DNA from: Mytilus trossulus
Taxonomy: Eukaryota
Assembly: GCF_036588685.1 (NCBI RefSeq)
Contig: NC_086380.1
Location: 46,128,001 to 46,192,000 of the forward strand
Length of the DNA stretch: 64,000 nucleotides
Reading direction: 5' to 3'
Part shown: piece after piece, positions 13,896 through 26,210 of the stretch
Position numbering within the stretch: the first letter of the stretch is position 1
How the letters are laid out: every line of letters begins with the position of its first letter
Translations under genes and position numbers: made by a program
The notes under the pieces: model-generated
What the model saw: the letters and a program-made list of their open reading frames with translations, nothing else
The model's database searches: none
What the model was told of the DNA's origin: nothing

Positions 13896-15621
13896 ATGGA
13901 AGACAAGTATAAGAGCTGTGGAAAGTGCAGCGCACGTACAAAAATGTATGAACGTGTTAGACACGCACGATGAATGCTACCGACATCGGATTTGTCAGAA
14001 GGCCTTTCCCTGCAATACTTGTTGGGAATGGGATGATGAGAAACGGTCACTCGTGGATAAAACGCTGGAGAAAGCCAGGTCAAAGCTTTCTTTTTCATCA
14101 AGTGCCGTTAACCCTTCTGTGCAGGAGGCAGGCAAGAAACTTGAAACGGCAAAGCTGAGTGAATTGGCGTCGCCGGCAAAGCATGAAAAACTATCGAAAG
14201 TTCGAACTGATCATAGTGCAGATGATCGTGAACCTCAAAGTACGGGAGTACATTTTGAAGCAGTTGAATTTAACAAATTTATAGCAGATCAAGTGCAAAT
14301 GCAATTGAAAAAGTTGTTACCACAGGAACAGACACAAGGCCTTATTGCAAGTGATGCAATGCATTCTTCCATTGACTCGAAATGTGAGATTTCGGAGAGT
14401 CAATTTTTGTCTAGGCCAAGGGCCCACTATAGTAAATTTGTGCCATCCGATGATCAGATTTCTGTTGTTTCCCATGAAATCGAGGATGAAATAAGTATGG
14501 GTGGTTCAGCTATTTCTGATGAAAATAATAATGATGCCCACTCTCAGTCACATTCTCATGAAAAAGACTTTTCTCTGTTTAGTGAAGGAGCACCAGGATC
14601 TACTGATCCAATTCAATGGAATAATTTTCTCCATAAATTGACAACTAAATTAAAAATAGATTGTTCAGAGGAAACTGAAACAGAAACAGTCAGAACTTCC
14701 TATTTGCCTTCAAGACTGAACTCTGGCAATTCAAATAAATCAGCTCATTTGAAATTACCTCTAGAGGGTACCACAGTTGAAGTTTTTAAGAATTTGGAAA
14801 AGGAAGCCATGTCTGGAAGACTCAAAAATAGGTCCGTTCGTCTTAGAGATGATAAGGCCTTTATGGTGTCGAAAACAGATTTCACAGAATTTTGTTCTCC
14901 TCCAAGGCTTGATGATAACATAGAGGAGGGTTTGTCATCTACTATGGGAAATAAAAGAAAAGGTTTTGTAGACCGTAAAAAGTTTTCACACTCTTTACCT
15001 TCCTTTCATAAGGAAATGGATGCTGAATTTAAGAAGGTTGACAACTCAGCTAGAACATTGTTAAGAAGTGTTTCATATGGCTCTTTGATAGCAAGCTATA
15101 TTGATGTTGCTGATTCAGAGGAAGACAGGGTAGAAGCATGTTCAGCTTTAGTAGCATGTTTCAAATCTATGGCAGATATGACTTCACGTATAGTTGCTAA
15201 CTCTGTTATAAACAGAGGGAACATTTTCTTAAAAAATGTTGATTTCACTAGCAAAGCCACATCAGCAAAATTGTTGAATTTACCTTTGAATGGCGCACAA
15301 TTTTTTGGTGGTAAATATTTTGATACTTTGCATTCCTCAGCTGAAAATATAAGAGATGCTAAAGAAACACAAAACGTTTATCGTTCTTCATTTGTTCCAG
15401 GAGGGCAACAATTTGATGACGGATCTAGGAAAAGAAAATCTCAAGAAACTTCTAATGTATCCTACAACAAACCTGCAAAAACATCAAGATATGATAAGCA
15501 GGATTTTAATGACCGTCGTGGCACTGACACTTCGTCTAATTTTCGTGCCTTGCCAGCAAAACAAGGAGGAAAAGGATTTTTTTTATGGAAAAATTCCTCC
15601 CAGAAAAATTTCAAGAAATAA
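13896..15621 (+). CDS. Inner DIRS ORF1 (gag-like) with N-terminal Cys/His zinc finger; probable frameshift near the 5' end
   Basis: ATG at 13896 gives MEDKYKSCGKCSARTKM; after a frame change it continues DTHDECYRHRICQKAFPCNTCWEW in the 579-aa ORF. Confidence 0.8.
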
Positions 15622-17687
15622 ACAATTATATGTCTGCGGTAAGTCTCCAGGTAGGAGCACGGTTGTTACATTACCACAGTCAGTGGCTTCAAATAACTAC
15701 AGACAAGTTAGTACTTCAGATAGTGAAGAACGGATTAATTTTAGATTTCATAAGTCTTCCAGCTTTTACAGGAGTAAAAGAGACAGTTGTACCCAGAGTA
15801 GGTACAAAAAGATCTTCTATATTAGAAGAGGTAAATTCTTTGTTAGAAAAACATGCTATAGAGCCTGTCCCGACAAGTGCAGAAAATCAGGGTTATTACA
15901 GTACAATATTCATGGGACCAAAAAGACAAGGAGGTCTCAGACCAATTCTAAATTTAAAACCACTAAACCAGTTTGTCATACCTCATCACTTCAAAATGGA
16001 AACCCTCCGATCGATTCTAAAAAGTCTGAAAATTGGGGACTGGGCAGTAAAACTGGATTTGCAAGATGCTTATTTCCATATACCCATTCACAAACATTAC
16101 AGAAAATTTCTACGCTTCAGCATTTTGGGAAAAAAGTATCAATACCGAGCTCTACCATTCGGTCTACGATCGGCTCCAAGAATTTTCACAAAAGTGATGG
16201 CAGTAGTAGGTGCGTTTCTGCGAAAACAAATGATTCACATATTTATGTACCTGGACGATTGGATGTTAAAAAACAGCAGCAAAGTAAAGCTGACAAAACA
16301 ATTACAGTACACTCAAGAATTGTTAAAAAATCTGGGTTTGATAATCAATGTGAAAAAATCTTGTTTAGTTCCGACTCAAACAATAGAGTATCTGGGAGCA
16401 GTGATTCACTTAAAAGAAGGTCTTGTGTTTCCGTCTCTAGAGAGATTCAAAAATATAAGTCAGATGATTCATATATTCCTAAATTCACAAACAGTAGAGG
16501 CACGTGTAATGTTGAGACTACTTGGTCTAATGGCTTCATGCATAGATTTAGTTCCATGGGCCCGACTGCACATGAGACCACTTCAGCTTTATCTTCTAGC
16601 TTGGTGGAGACCAGCTCTACACAGTTTAAATCATTTGATTCCACTGTATCAACCTCTCCAGGAACATCTATTCTGGTGGCTAAACCGAAGAAATTTTTTC
16701 AAGGGAGTGCTATTAGAACAAGAATCTGCTCAAGTGACTCTAGTGACAGATGCGTCACAGTCGGGATGGGGAGCTCATATAAACAATTATCAGATAGCAG
16801 ATGTTTGGTCGCCTCAGTACAAAGTAAAACACATCAATTGGCTAGAACTCAAAGCTGTGCAGTTAGCACTGCAAACATTTCTGATAAAAGTACAATTCAA
16901 AAGTGTGCTAGTGAGAACAGACAATGCAACTGTCGTCAGTTATCTGAACAAACAGGGAGGTACACGATCCCCAGACCTTTGTTACTTGGCATGGGATCTT
17001 TTGAAATGGTGTATAAATCACAATGTCAAAATCCAAGCTGTTCATATTCCGGGAAAACAGAATATTATAGCAGATGCCCTGTCAAGGGGGAAAATGACCA
17101 TTCGTTTGACAGAATGGGCATTAAATACGACAATAGTGAATTTGCTGTTCCTTCAGCTAGGAACACCAGTAATAGATCTGTTTGCGACTTCAATGAACAA
17201 GAAGCTGCCAGTGTTTTGCTCTCCTTGGCCGGAAGAAACAGCAGTGTCAATAGATGCACTGTCAATGATATGGACAAATCTATTTGCTTATGCATTCCCG
17301 CCACCGATCATTCTAAACAGAATATTACAAAAAATACAGAAAGAGGACTGTGTAATTTTACTGATAGCGCCAATGTGGCCGAGACAGTCGTGGTACAGTC
17401 AACTTCTCAACCTGTTAATAGACTTTCCAATACAACTGCCTGTCCAACAAAATCTATTAAGTCAAAATGGAATTTTTCATCCAAATCCAAGTGTTCTAAA
17501 TCTTGTAGCTTGGAAAGTGTCAAAAGATCTTACACTGCAAAAGGATTTTCACCAAAAATTGCTTCAATTATTTCCAATGCACGAAAACAATCAACACAGA
17601 CAGTTTATAATGCAAGAATCAAGATATTTGACAGCTGGTGTCAAGAACGGAGTATCAATCCCAGTACGGCAACTGTGCCAGAAATAG
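15585..17687 (+). CDS. Inner DIRS pol: reverse transcriptase, RNase H and DNA adenine-methyltransferase-like domain
   Basis: Uninterrupted 700-aa ORF with LDLQDAYFHI, LPFGLRSAPRIFTK, YLDD, TDASQSGWG, HINWLEL, RTDN, ADALSR and DLFAT...YAFPP. Confidence 0.95.
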   Translation: MEKFLPEKFQEINNYMSAVSLQVGARLLHYHSQWLQITTDKLVLQIVKNGLILDFISLPAFTGVKETVVPRVGTKRSSILEEVNSLLEKHAIEPVPTSAENQGYYSTIFMGPKRQGGLRPILNLKPLNQFVIPHHFKMETLRSILKSLKIGDWAVKLDLQDAYFHIPIHKHYRKFLRFSILGKKYQYRALPFGLRSAPRIFTKVMAVVGAFLRKQMIHIFMYLDDWMLKNSSKVKLTKQLQYTQELLKNLGLIINVKKSCLVPTQTIEYLGAVIHLKEGLVFPSLERFKNISQMIHIFLNSQTVEARVMLRLLGLMASCIDLVPWARLHMRPLQLYLLAWWRPALHSLNHLIPLYQPLQEHLFWWLNRRNFFKGVLLEQESAQVTLVTDASQSGWGAHINNYQIADVWSPQYKVKHINWLELKAVQLALQTFLIKVQFKSVLVRTDNATVVSYLNKQGGTRSPDLCYLAWDLLKWCINHNVKIQAVHIPGKQNIIADALSRGKMTIRLTEWALNTTIVNLLFLQLGTPVIDLFATSMNKKLPVFCSPWPEETAVSIDALSMIWTNLFAYAFPPPIILNRILQKIQKEDCVILLIAPMWPRQSWYSQLLNLLIDFPIQLPVQQNLLSQNGIFHPNPSVLNLVAWKVSKDLTLQKDFHQKLLQLFPMHENNQHRQFIMQESRYLTAGVKNGVSIPVRQLCQK

Positions 17688-18557
17688 CTGAATTTCTTAT
17701 GTTTTAACATACTGTAAAGAATTGTAAGCCAAGCACTTTAGCTGGCTACAAGTCAGCAATAGCTTTAATACATTCATCTAAAGATAGAATTTCTATTAAC
17801 ATGGATTTGCGTAACTTAATTAAAGGATTGTACAACATTAATCCACCAATAAGGCAGTTGGCGCCAAATTGGGATTTGCCGTTGGTTTTGCAAGTGTTAA
17901 CAAAGACACCTTTTGAACCACTAGAAGAAGCAGAATTGAAATATTTAACCTTAAAGACAGTTTTTTTTATGGCATTAGCTTCTGCTGCAAGAGTCAGTGA
18001 AATACACAGTTTCACTATTAATGACAAACATTTCAGGAAAGAGCAAAGAGGTATACGGTTGTTGCCAAATATGCAATTTCTTGCTAAAACTCAAACTTTG
18101 AATAAACCATGGGAACCAGTATTCATTCCCAAATTTGAAAACTATGCTACAGATCCAAAGGATTTACTGCTGTGCCATTGTAGAGCACTACTAGCTTATA
18201 TTAAAAGAACTGAAGTTTTGCGCAAATCACAAAGACTCTTTGTAACATATCAAAAGAATCATCATGTAGAGGCTTCTAAGAATTCCATTGCACGATGGAT
18301 TGTGAACACGGTTAAATATGCATATGAACATGCAGATACAGACACACCAGTTTGTGAGAGCTCATGATACAAGAAAGCTCTCAACTTCTTGGGCTTTATT
18401 CAATGGACTTTCCTCTCAAGAAATTTTAAGAGCAGCTCATTGGTCAAATGAGACAACATTCACCTCATATTACTTGAAAGATGTACCAGATTTGGAATCT
18501 CGCTTTGCAAAAGCTGCAATTTTGCATACAGCTAACAGAAGACAGAAGAAGTATTAA
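17500..18557 (+). pseudogene. Inner DIRS tyrosine recombinase (one premature stop at 17705-17707, one frameshift near 18345)
   Basis: ARKQSTQTVY...W; catalytic set AARVSE (R), HDTR (HxxR), HW and SYYL (Y); its frame is open upstream to 15356, overlapping the whole RT ORF. Confidence 0.9.
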
Positions 18558-18948
18558 GGTAGATATTTTTTATTTACTAGTTACTTTCTTCCTCTTACCC
18601 GCCACCTTAGGGTTTATGCTGCAAATTCTTTGCAAATGTTTTTCAGACAGGTAAGTAGAGATTTTGATATAAACTATGGTTTTTTTAAAAGTAAAAACCT
18701 TGTTTATGATAAATCTGTACTTACCTGTCTGATCCTACCCACCTCCCCACCTGAGGAAGTTAAGTTTTATATAATGTATATAGTTATTTTCGCCTCAGGT
18801 AAAGTGATCTTCTATTCGGGAGATCGTGAAAGGGAGATAATTTAAAAGTTAGTGATTGCAAGGGGTTGCCAAGGGGTAATTGCAAATGTTTTTCAGACAG
18901 GTAAGTACAGATTTATCATAAACAAGGTTTTTACTTTAAAAAACCATA

Positions 18949-19983
18949 AATTGCGCCATAAGTCAAAAGGATTTTCCGAAAAAAACTGCAGAAATTATGG
19001 CAAATGCCAGAAAAATATCTACTCAAACAGTGTATGATGCAAGACTCAGAATATATGACAGTTGGTGTAAAGAACAAAATATCAATTTCACTTCTTCAAC
19101 TATACCAGAAGTAGCAGAATTTTTCTTATATCTTTCTACTGTAAGAAAATACAAACCACAGACTATTACGGGTTACAAGTCAGCCATAGCTTTGATTCAT
19201 AATAATGGATTAGAAATTTCAAACAGTTCTGAGTTATCATCATTAATTAAAGGATTATTTAATATGAATCCACCAATTCGTCAATTGACTCCAAATTGGA
19301 ATTTACCTTTAGTTTTATTGATGCTTACAAAACATCCTTTTGAACCTTTAGATTCAATTGAATTAAAGTTTTTAACATTCAAAACAGCTTTTCTAGTGGC
19401 TATCGCATCAGCCAGTAGAGTTAGTGAAATTCGTAGCTTATCATTAGATGATGGACATTTTAGATTTGAAAAAAATGGAATTAAACTATTACCAAATATG
19501 CAGTTTCTTGCAAAAACACAGACCTTGAACAGGCCTTGGGAGCCATTATTCATTCCTTCATTTAATTCTTATGCAACTGATTCTGAGGATTTGAAACTAT
19601 GCCCTTGTCGTGCATTAAGGATTTACATAAATAGAACAAAATCTATAAGGATATCAAACAGACTGTTTGTTACTTATAAAAAAACCCATCATAAAGAAGC
19701 TTCAAAGGATTCTATTGCAAGATGGATTGTTAATACAGTGCGATATGCATAAGAAAATGCAGATAAAGACACTTACAAAACAGTAAGAGCACATGATACA
19801 AGAAGACTCTCTACTTCATGGGCTTTATTTTGTGGTCTATCAGCTTAAGAAATTTTAAAAGCAGCTCACTGGACATCTGAAACTACTTTCACTTCATTCT
19901 ATTTGAAGGATGTTCTAGACCACCAGCCCATTTTTGCCAAGTCAGCAAGTTTGTATTCTTTCAAGAGAGGAAGACAGAAATAG
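18949..19983 (+). pseudogene. Outer DIRS tyrosine recombinase with in-frame stops
   Basis: ARKISTQTVY, ASRVSE, CPCRAL, VRAHDTRRLSTSW and HWTSETTFTSFYL; stop at 19750-19752 and another near 19846. Confidence 0.9.
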
Positions 19984-22900
19984 GTGAATATAATTTTTTA
20001 ATTCCTTATTTAATTCCTTTCCCACCTCCTTTAGTAGGGCTGCAAATTCTTTTGCAATTAGTTAAGGAGGCAGCTGCAGGTAAGTGGAAATATTGAAGTG
20101 AACTAAGATTTTTGTGGGTAAAATCCTTGTTCATGAAATATTTACACTTACCTGCCTCACCCACTCTCCCCTCTCGAGGAATTACTTAATACTGAAGACT
20201 GAAGAGCTACGTAAGGGAGATAACTGGAGGTGTTACCGTATTTATATTAAAAAAATCGACGAACGTATGGGAAAGTAGAGGGAGATTGCAATTAGCTAAG
20301 GAGGCAGGTAAGTGTAAATATTTCATGAACAAGGACTTTTCATTAAAGTAATCATGATAACTTGTGATTACTTATGATTACATCATGTACATTGCAAATT
20401 GCAATATTAAAGATTTTTTTAATAACTTTTTATCCTCGCAAAAAGCTGATTTTGATGATTTTTATAAATCCTTAATTTTCTAATCATATTTAAAAGAAAT
20501 AAGACAAGTACAGTGTAACATGTGCAATTTGATAACATTGCTATATACAAGTGTCCTTTTTCTATGCAAAAGATATAACTGTTTTTTCTACAAAGGATGA
20601 GGTCCAGTAAGACCCCTTTTCGGTCCCAAAATATAGCAGTTTTACAAAATTGTTATAAATGTAAACGTTTAGATGTTTATTGGACAACAGAATGCTTCTG
20701 CTACATAAATATGGGCCGTTTTTGACAATACAATGCACATATATCGAGTACTAGCACCATCAACAAAAGTCACGGCTTGACACAAGGATAGAACGGCAGC
20801 CAAATAATTCCATTTAGGTTTCCAACTGTCATTTATTTTTTCATTCATCCAACCACAGTGTTCATGCGCATGATGAACTGTCAAATGCAGAAATCAGGTG
20901 TAGCCCAAACATGTCCTCCTTGATATGCTTCTCTTTTGATATGCTCCGGTAGAGAACCTCTGGTGGGCGGAATAGCACCATAAGGCCGCTGCTCCCTAGC
21001 AAACGATTCAAATCGTGCCTTGCTAATAGCAAATGTTTATGTTGCCATACCTGATGCAAACAAATGCTTCTATGATTTCCATGTGTGTGTATTCATACTA
21101 AAGCGGGCAAAAACGTCCATTCCATCTGGAAATACTTCCCATGTTTGCCAAGCTTACCTCTCAGCTTTCCCACGAAATGCCGACACAGTGGCACATCCAC
21201 TGAATGCAAAGATGAAAGAAAGAGCAGCAACACGAGGACCAATCAAAAGTATTTGATATGTCATGTACAGGAAGCCATTGAAAGTCTTTATTCCTTCAAA
21301 AACCTATCCACAATTTGTCAACACATACTCTTGCGAGTGCTGCAATACCTAATACTACTAAATCTGTGTTAATAATAATTAACATTACTTTTTACAACCA
21401 TTTTCAGCAGCATGCTTATCATGGACAAACATTCGTGTATCTGCTTCTTCATGGTTACAAGGGGATAGCTGGGAAGTATCTGTATTGAAATTGCATAGCA
21501 TATATTCACCTTGAGTAACATAAGCATTTTTAATAGTCTCTAAAGAAGCTATTCTGTCGGCAAGAAACTTGAAAAATTCTGTTTTGTTGTCATCTTCACA
21601 GAGAAAACTACTCCAAACCCGTGGCGTTCTACAAGAACCAACAAATTTCCGTCTAGCACCAGTACAATTGCCTTTTTCTCGTCAAAGCCTTTGAATTATT
21701 AATCTATACATCGAATACAATATCTACTCTTGAATACCTATCAATGCAAAATTTTATGTAAGGCAGTAAGACATCATTTGCATAATCAGCAAATATTTTT
21801 GCTCCACGTGGTGTCTTGGAATTAACCATTGCTGCATCACCAACGCTAAAGAAATTGGATCAGTTGATGGCAAATCGCAGAATGTTTCTAGTATACCCAT
21901 TTGCTTAGATTTAATACCACTGTTTAAGGTGACATCATGAGACAAAGATGGAGGAGCAGTTTGGTTACATGGCTAGATAAATCTTCAAAGTCAAACTGTC
22001 TACTTTGAGAAGAAATAAAGTCTAGAAAAGAGATCGCGATCACTTTTCATGTCCTCCTGCTTAATTTATCACAAAGACGTCTCCAGTTTCATTGTACGGC
22101 TGTAATAGGAAATTGATCTTTTTTTTATGCCATGGCGTTGTCAGTTTGTTGTAGATTAATGAGTTTGACTGTCCCTTTGGTATCTTTTGTCCCTCTTTTA
22201 TATGGTTATTAAAAGCAGATTCCTCCTTCATTTTGCATATGCTTCAAAAGACCTTCGCATGGTTTGGACCCAATATCTTAGGATTTATATATATATCTTA
22301 TCTGCTTCCGAATCAACAATTTCCTTAAAAAGAGTCAATTTTGTACAAATATTACGATTGTTCTAAAAATGGATTTCCAAACTAGTTTATCACTTTAAGC
22401 TAGCCTTTGAAACTTTTCAAAGAAATCCTTTTGTGTTTTCGTAGAGTCTTCATGATACCGACTCAACCCACTAGATCTTTCAAATTTATCTACAAGTCTA
22501 CTGACTTCCGGTCCTGCTACCATTGAACGTCTCAAAGGGATCTTCGGTTAAACCTATAGCATCAACATCGTCCTTCACATTTGCATTATTCTGGTATTGT
22601 GCCAGATCAATTGTGATATTAGAAAAAAACTTGCTGGACTTATATACAGTGAAATTAATATTTGCAAATACCATTGTGGGTGATGTTTGTAAAGGGAGTC
22701 CATATCTCGGGGTCGGATTGGTAACCATCGAGCATAATTTACATGATCACTGAGACCAAACAAGAACGGTATCATGCTTGATATCTGACTCATAAAATGA
22801 GCGCACTACCGAAAGCACAAGAAGTTTTTAATTCATAACTGAACACCAGAAACTGTGGTCGAGATGACTCTCTTTCCTTACACCAGTTTATCAAATTATC

Positions 22901-23012
22901 GAACGTCACACTCGGAGTCATGAGATATATTTTCTGCGTTAACGCTTTCATAAACCGAAATTAATGAATCAAGAAAACACATGCAGTTATCTGATGCGCG
23001 TGTCTAGTCTTA

Positions 23013-26000
23013 CAGAGGCGGATCCAGGGGGTGGTCACCCGGTGCCAGTGACCACCCCCTGGGTTTGCAAAAATGGTGCACCATGTACCAAAAAATTACT
23101 TACCTTAACGCTAACCGGTTAACCGGACTTTTTTCATTTCGATAGATTAGTTGAAAATCAAATCATGAAAGAGTTTTGTTTTATTTAAAAATTGTCGTCG
23201 TGGTAATTATTTTGACAGATCAATTGTCCAGTATAGTGATTGCTATTGTTAATTCTAAAAACATAAAATTAATTAGAGTTCGGGACAGGATCTTTAAGAA
23301 ACATAATTAGTAAACATGTTTTTTTAACAGTAACTTTAAATCAGTAATGAGATTTAATTTTACTAATTACTTCATTATTTCGTTTGTGGTCTAATATTGT
23401 GTAAACCTACATGTAAATGTGCAACCTCCGTAGTGCAAGGGTTAGTCTGACTTTAAATTCAAAAATTGTAAAATGCAAACTAATGTGAATGTACTCAATG
23501 TATACATGAAAGTATGAGTAACATCCTTCAAGAAAAAAGCAAACACAGTGAAGAAACAGGTCGTACAGCTTGCACAATGACCTATAGTTGTTCATGTCTG
23601 TGTCATTTTTGTCTCTTGTGAAGAATTGTATCATTGGCAATCATACCACATCTTCTTTTTTATAATAAATCATTTCAAATTGAAACACATCCCATTATTT
23701 TCGGAGACAACAAGAGAAAAGGAAAGAATAAAATGTTTTCAGACATATGACATATTCAATTCTACGAGATTAAGATTTTTTTTAATTTTTTAATCTGAAG
23801 TTGGTACAAACGCTTTAGTTGATACGGTGTATTTGATTATTAAAAGTCAAACTTCGCCAGGAATCCTCACCGACAAGCCGTATAATGCTACAGGAAAAAC
23901 TTCAATTCTAAAAGCGTATTTATGACTTAGATGAAAGGTTGTCAAATAGACACTCATACCACATCTTATATCTATGTGTAGGGCTCTATTTATAAGGCTT
24001 TCAAACACCAACTTAAATTACCGGTTAACCGGTTAATCGGTCGAACGTTCATCCGAGTAACCGGTTAGGGAAAGGTGTAAGATTTGACAACACTACTAAA
24101 TACATGTACAACCCCCGACTTGCATACAAGTACAAACGACATTGGTTTTGTAAAACAATCAACACTTAAATTAACAAACGAAGAGAAATTTAATTTGATA
24201 AGAAATCATTTCCAATCTTGAATAAACTTTAACTTTCCTTTAAAATAAATATGCAGGAAAGAACAGACTGGTTCAGCCGAATTGGCTAAATCGCTATGAT
24301 GGGCTAGTGTTCTCACCTTCATAAGAAGGAGCTTACTGCATATACTGTGCTCTGTTTGGGGTTGATAGTTTGGGAACATCATGCAAACCACTAACAGATA
24401 TGGCACATGCAAGTACAAGACTTAACGATCATTTCGGTCGTGATGAGAAATCATATTAAAAAGTCATACTGAAGCTAGTACGGGGCGCCGAATGGGACTC
24501 TTGTGGTTTTGTACAAAATTCAATTCTGTCATAACAAAATCATTTTTGTCTTACAAAACTATGTGCTACAGACTTGTTTTGTGAGAACTTCAATTTTGTG
24601 ATGACAAAATTCATTTGTGTAGACAAAATTCATTTTTGTCATGACAAAATTCATTTTTGAAGACAAAATTCGTATTTGTCTTGACAAAAGTCATTTTTGT
24701 CTAAAAGGTATGCAAATATAAACATATTTGCATACAAAATTGACTTTTGTTACCTGATATGGAAATCAAATCACAAAAGTCAATTGTGTGAGGTAAGATT
24801 CCATTTTGTGAGACAAAATTAACTTTTGTGAGACAAAATTGACTTTTGTGAGACAAAAATCAATTTTGTGAGACAAAATTCAATTTTGTCAATTTTGTTG
24901 AGACAAAAGTCAATTTTGTTAATTTTGTTGAGACAAAAGTCAATTTTGTCAATTTTGTTGAGACAAAAGTCAATTTTGTGACGACAAAATTCATTTTTGT
25001 GACGACAAAATTCAATTTTGTAACAACAAAATTGGCTTTTATGAGACAAAATTGACTTTCGTGAGACAAAAATCAATTTTGTTGAGACAAAATTCAATTT
25101 TGTCAATTTTGTTGAGACAAAAGTCAATTTTGTCAATTTTGTTGAGACAAAAGTCAATTTTGTCTCACAAAAGTTAATTTTGTCAATTTTGTCTCACAAA
25201 AGTCAATTTTGTATAACAAAAGGCAATTTTGTATAACAAAAGTCGATTTTGTATGCAAATTAGTTCACAGAAACCAAACTAAACTAATTTGAATACAAAA
25301 TTGACTTTTGTCACCCAATTTTCAAAATAGGTAACAAAAGTCAAGTCTGTGTAACAAAAATGAATTTTGTCATGACAAAAGTGACTTTTGTCCGCTGATA
25401 GAAAATTTTGTATGACAAAATTTTAAATTTGTAGTATGATACAAATTTTGTTAAACTGAACTCATTTTTGTTGAACAAAAGTCACTTTTGTCCGTACAAA
25501 ATTGAATTTTGTGTACAAAACTACAAGAGTCCCATTCGGCGCCCCGTAGCTAGAGCAAAAGCTCAACCTTTTCTTGACAACATTGAGCAAAGGACTACTG
25601 ATATTCAAACATTTATTGATAAAGCAATGAATGAACGTATAAATGCAAACATACCTGTTTTGAAATCTATATGCAAGTGTGTTTTGCTTTGTGGCAAACA
25701 GAATCTTCCTATAAGGGGCCATATAGGGATGATGCAAAACATATTTCGGACAGAAGTTTCAATTCCTGGAATTTTTATCACTCTACATTGCTAACGTCAG
25801 CTGCTGAAACCATTAAAAAATGCAACAAACTTGATTATCCCAATTTGAATATATATGCAATTCTCAAAATTGTTTGCACAATGAATGTAACAAGTTGTGA
25901 ATGTGAGCGTTCGAATAGTGAGCTCGGGTTACCGAAAACATTTGAACGTACAACAATGGGCCAGGACCGACTAAATGGACTTGCACTGATGCACGTGCAT

Positions 26001-26210
26001 TACAATTTAGAGTTAGAACTTGATGTTATAGTTGACATGTTTGCACGCAGGCATCCAAGGAAAATGAAATTGAAATCAATTTTATAAATAATGTGAAACT
26101 TTTGTCTTCCATAGTTGTAACTATTTTCATGATACCAATAAAAAAATTGAATTTTTATTTAAGATTTCAAAAGGTGACCACCCCCTGATAAATTCCAGGA
26201 TCCGCCCCTG
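23013..26210 (+). mobile_element. Internally deleted hAT transposon (PRKRIR/ZMYM1-like transposase remnants) with 5-bp TSD
   Basis: TIR CAGAGGCGGATCC / GGATCCGCCCCTG; TSD TCTTA; remnants GAYCIYCALFG (TTF-type finger), LCGKQNLPIRGH-RDD and the hATC dimerisation motif SCECERSNS...RTTMGQDRLNGLALMHVH...FARRHPRKM. Confidence 0.85.
24479..25548. mobile_element. MITE with TAC...GTA termini and arrays of TTTTGT-NNN-ACAAAA palindromes
   Basis: TIR TACGGGGCGCCGAATGGGACTCTTGT / ACAAGAGTCCCATTCGGCGCCCCGTA; 5-bp TSD GCTAG; removing it restores the hAT frame KSHTEARAKAQPF. Confidence 0.9.

Larger units (their letters stand above)
13672..18948 (+). mobile_element. Full-length DIRS1-type retrotransposon (inner element, ~5.3 kb)
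   Basis: ITRs 13672-13800 and ~18798-18948; ICR ~18630-18732; gag, RT-RH-MT and overlapping YR ORFs; no target-site duplication. Confidence 0.95.
7307..20353 (+). mobile_element. Decayed DIRS1-type tyrosine-recombinase retrotransposon (outer element) carrying several nested insertions
   Basis: Left ITR 7307-~7430 is the reverse complement of right ITR ~20220-20353; ICR at 20052-20158 joins the complements of both termini; gag, RT/RNaseH/MT and YR remnants lie between 9206 and 19983. Confidence 0.85.

Noticed and set aside
24819-25157. Repetitive ORFs (FVSTKLT...)
   Set aside because: Translation of the MITE's internal tandem palindromes.
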